37,260 nt of DNA. Origin: Candidatus Zixiibacteriota bacterium (lineage in GTDB: Bacteria; Zixibacteria; MSB-5A5; UBA10806; 4484-95). The stretch lies in contig JAOZPT010000022.1 in the NCBI GenBank assembly GCA_029932605.1, forward strand, positions 1 to 37,260, given 5' to 3'. Within the stretch, counting starts at the first letter, position 1. Each line of letters opens with the position of its first letter. The notes under the pieces are model-generated. The model ran no database searches. It was not told where the DNA came from and saw only the letters and a list, made by a program, of their open reading frames with translations. Positions 37,155 through 37,260 of the stretch are shown piece by piece. Both the position numbers and the translations under genes were made by a program.

Positions 37155-37204
37155 GAATCCTCCGTTGTTGGGGGAAGAAATTGCCTGCGGTGGTCATATT
37201 TTAT

Positions 37205-37233
37205 ATTTTATGATTTATTTACATTACAGTCAA
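37205..37233 (-). promoter_or_regulatory. sigma70 promoter for the OPT gene
   Basis: Minus strand TTGACT-N17-TAAAAT. Confidence 0.6.
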
Positions 37234-37260
37234 GCGGAAATGGGGTTGAATAATTTTATC

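Noticed and set aside
1..37260. CRISPR array, prophage, intact transposase or defence system
   Set aside because: I saw no regularly spaced repeats, and no integrase, phage, Cas or recognisable defence-type ORFs.

Overview
This is a gene-dense, AT-rich bacterial chromosomal window. Three proteins carry an NYPNPFN/FlgD-Ig (T9SS-type) C-terminal sorting domain and there is a Bacteroidota-like bS22 gene, which suggests an FCB-group lineage such as Zixibacteria or KSB1 (inference only). In order it holds: a 5'-open TetR gene and a radical SAM/SPASM gene; tRNA-Met(CAT); a Tat-signal PLP aminotransferase fused to a sorting domain; an IS3-type scar; an orphan sigma54 response regulator; mutL-miaA-mltD-like-sppA-HU/IHF plus an unannotated 31-aa bS22-like gene; a thiolase; a site-2 protease and a TolB-like protein; a cytoplasmic cassette of two GAF kinases and a sigma54 activator, followed by a sigma54 promoter and a degenerate GGDEF protein; yitJ; two secreted hydrolases with sorting domains; a type IV pilus locus; and an OPT transporter. 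The most notable features are (1) the Tat + PLP enzyme + sorting-domain fusion, (2) a pilus machine with the AMIN domain on a non-lipidated PilP-like protein rather than on PilQ, next to minor pilins with broken prepilin motifs, and (3) sigma54 and sigma28-like promoters that may link signalling to pili. All calls come from reading motifs by eye; no searches were run.
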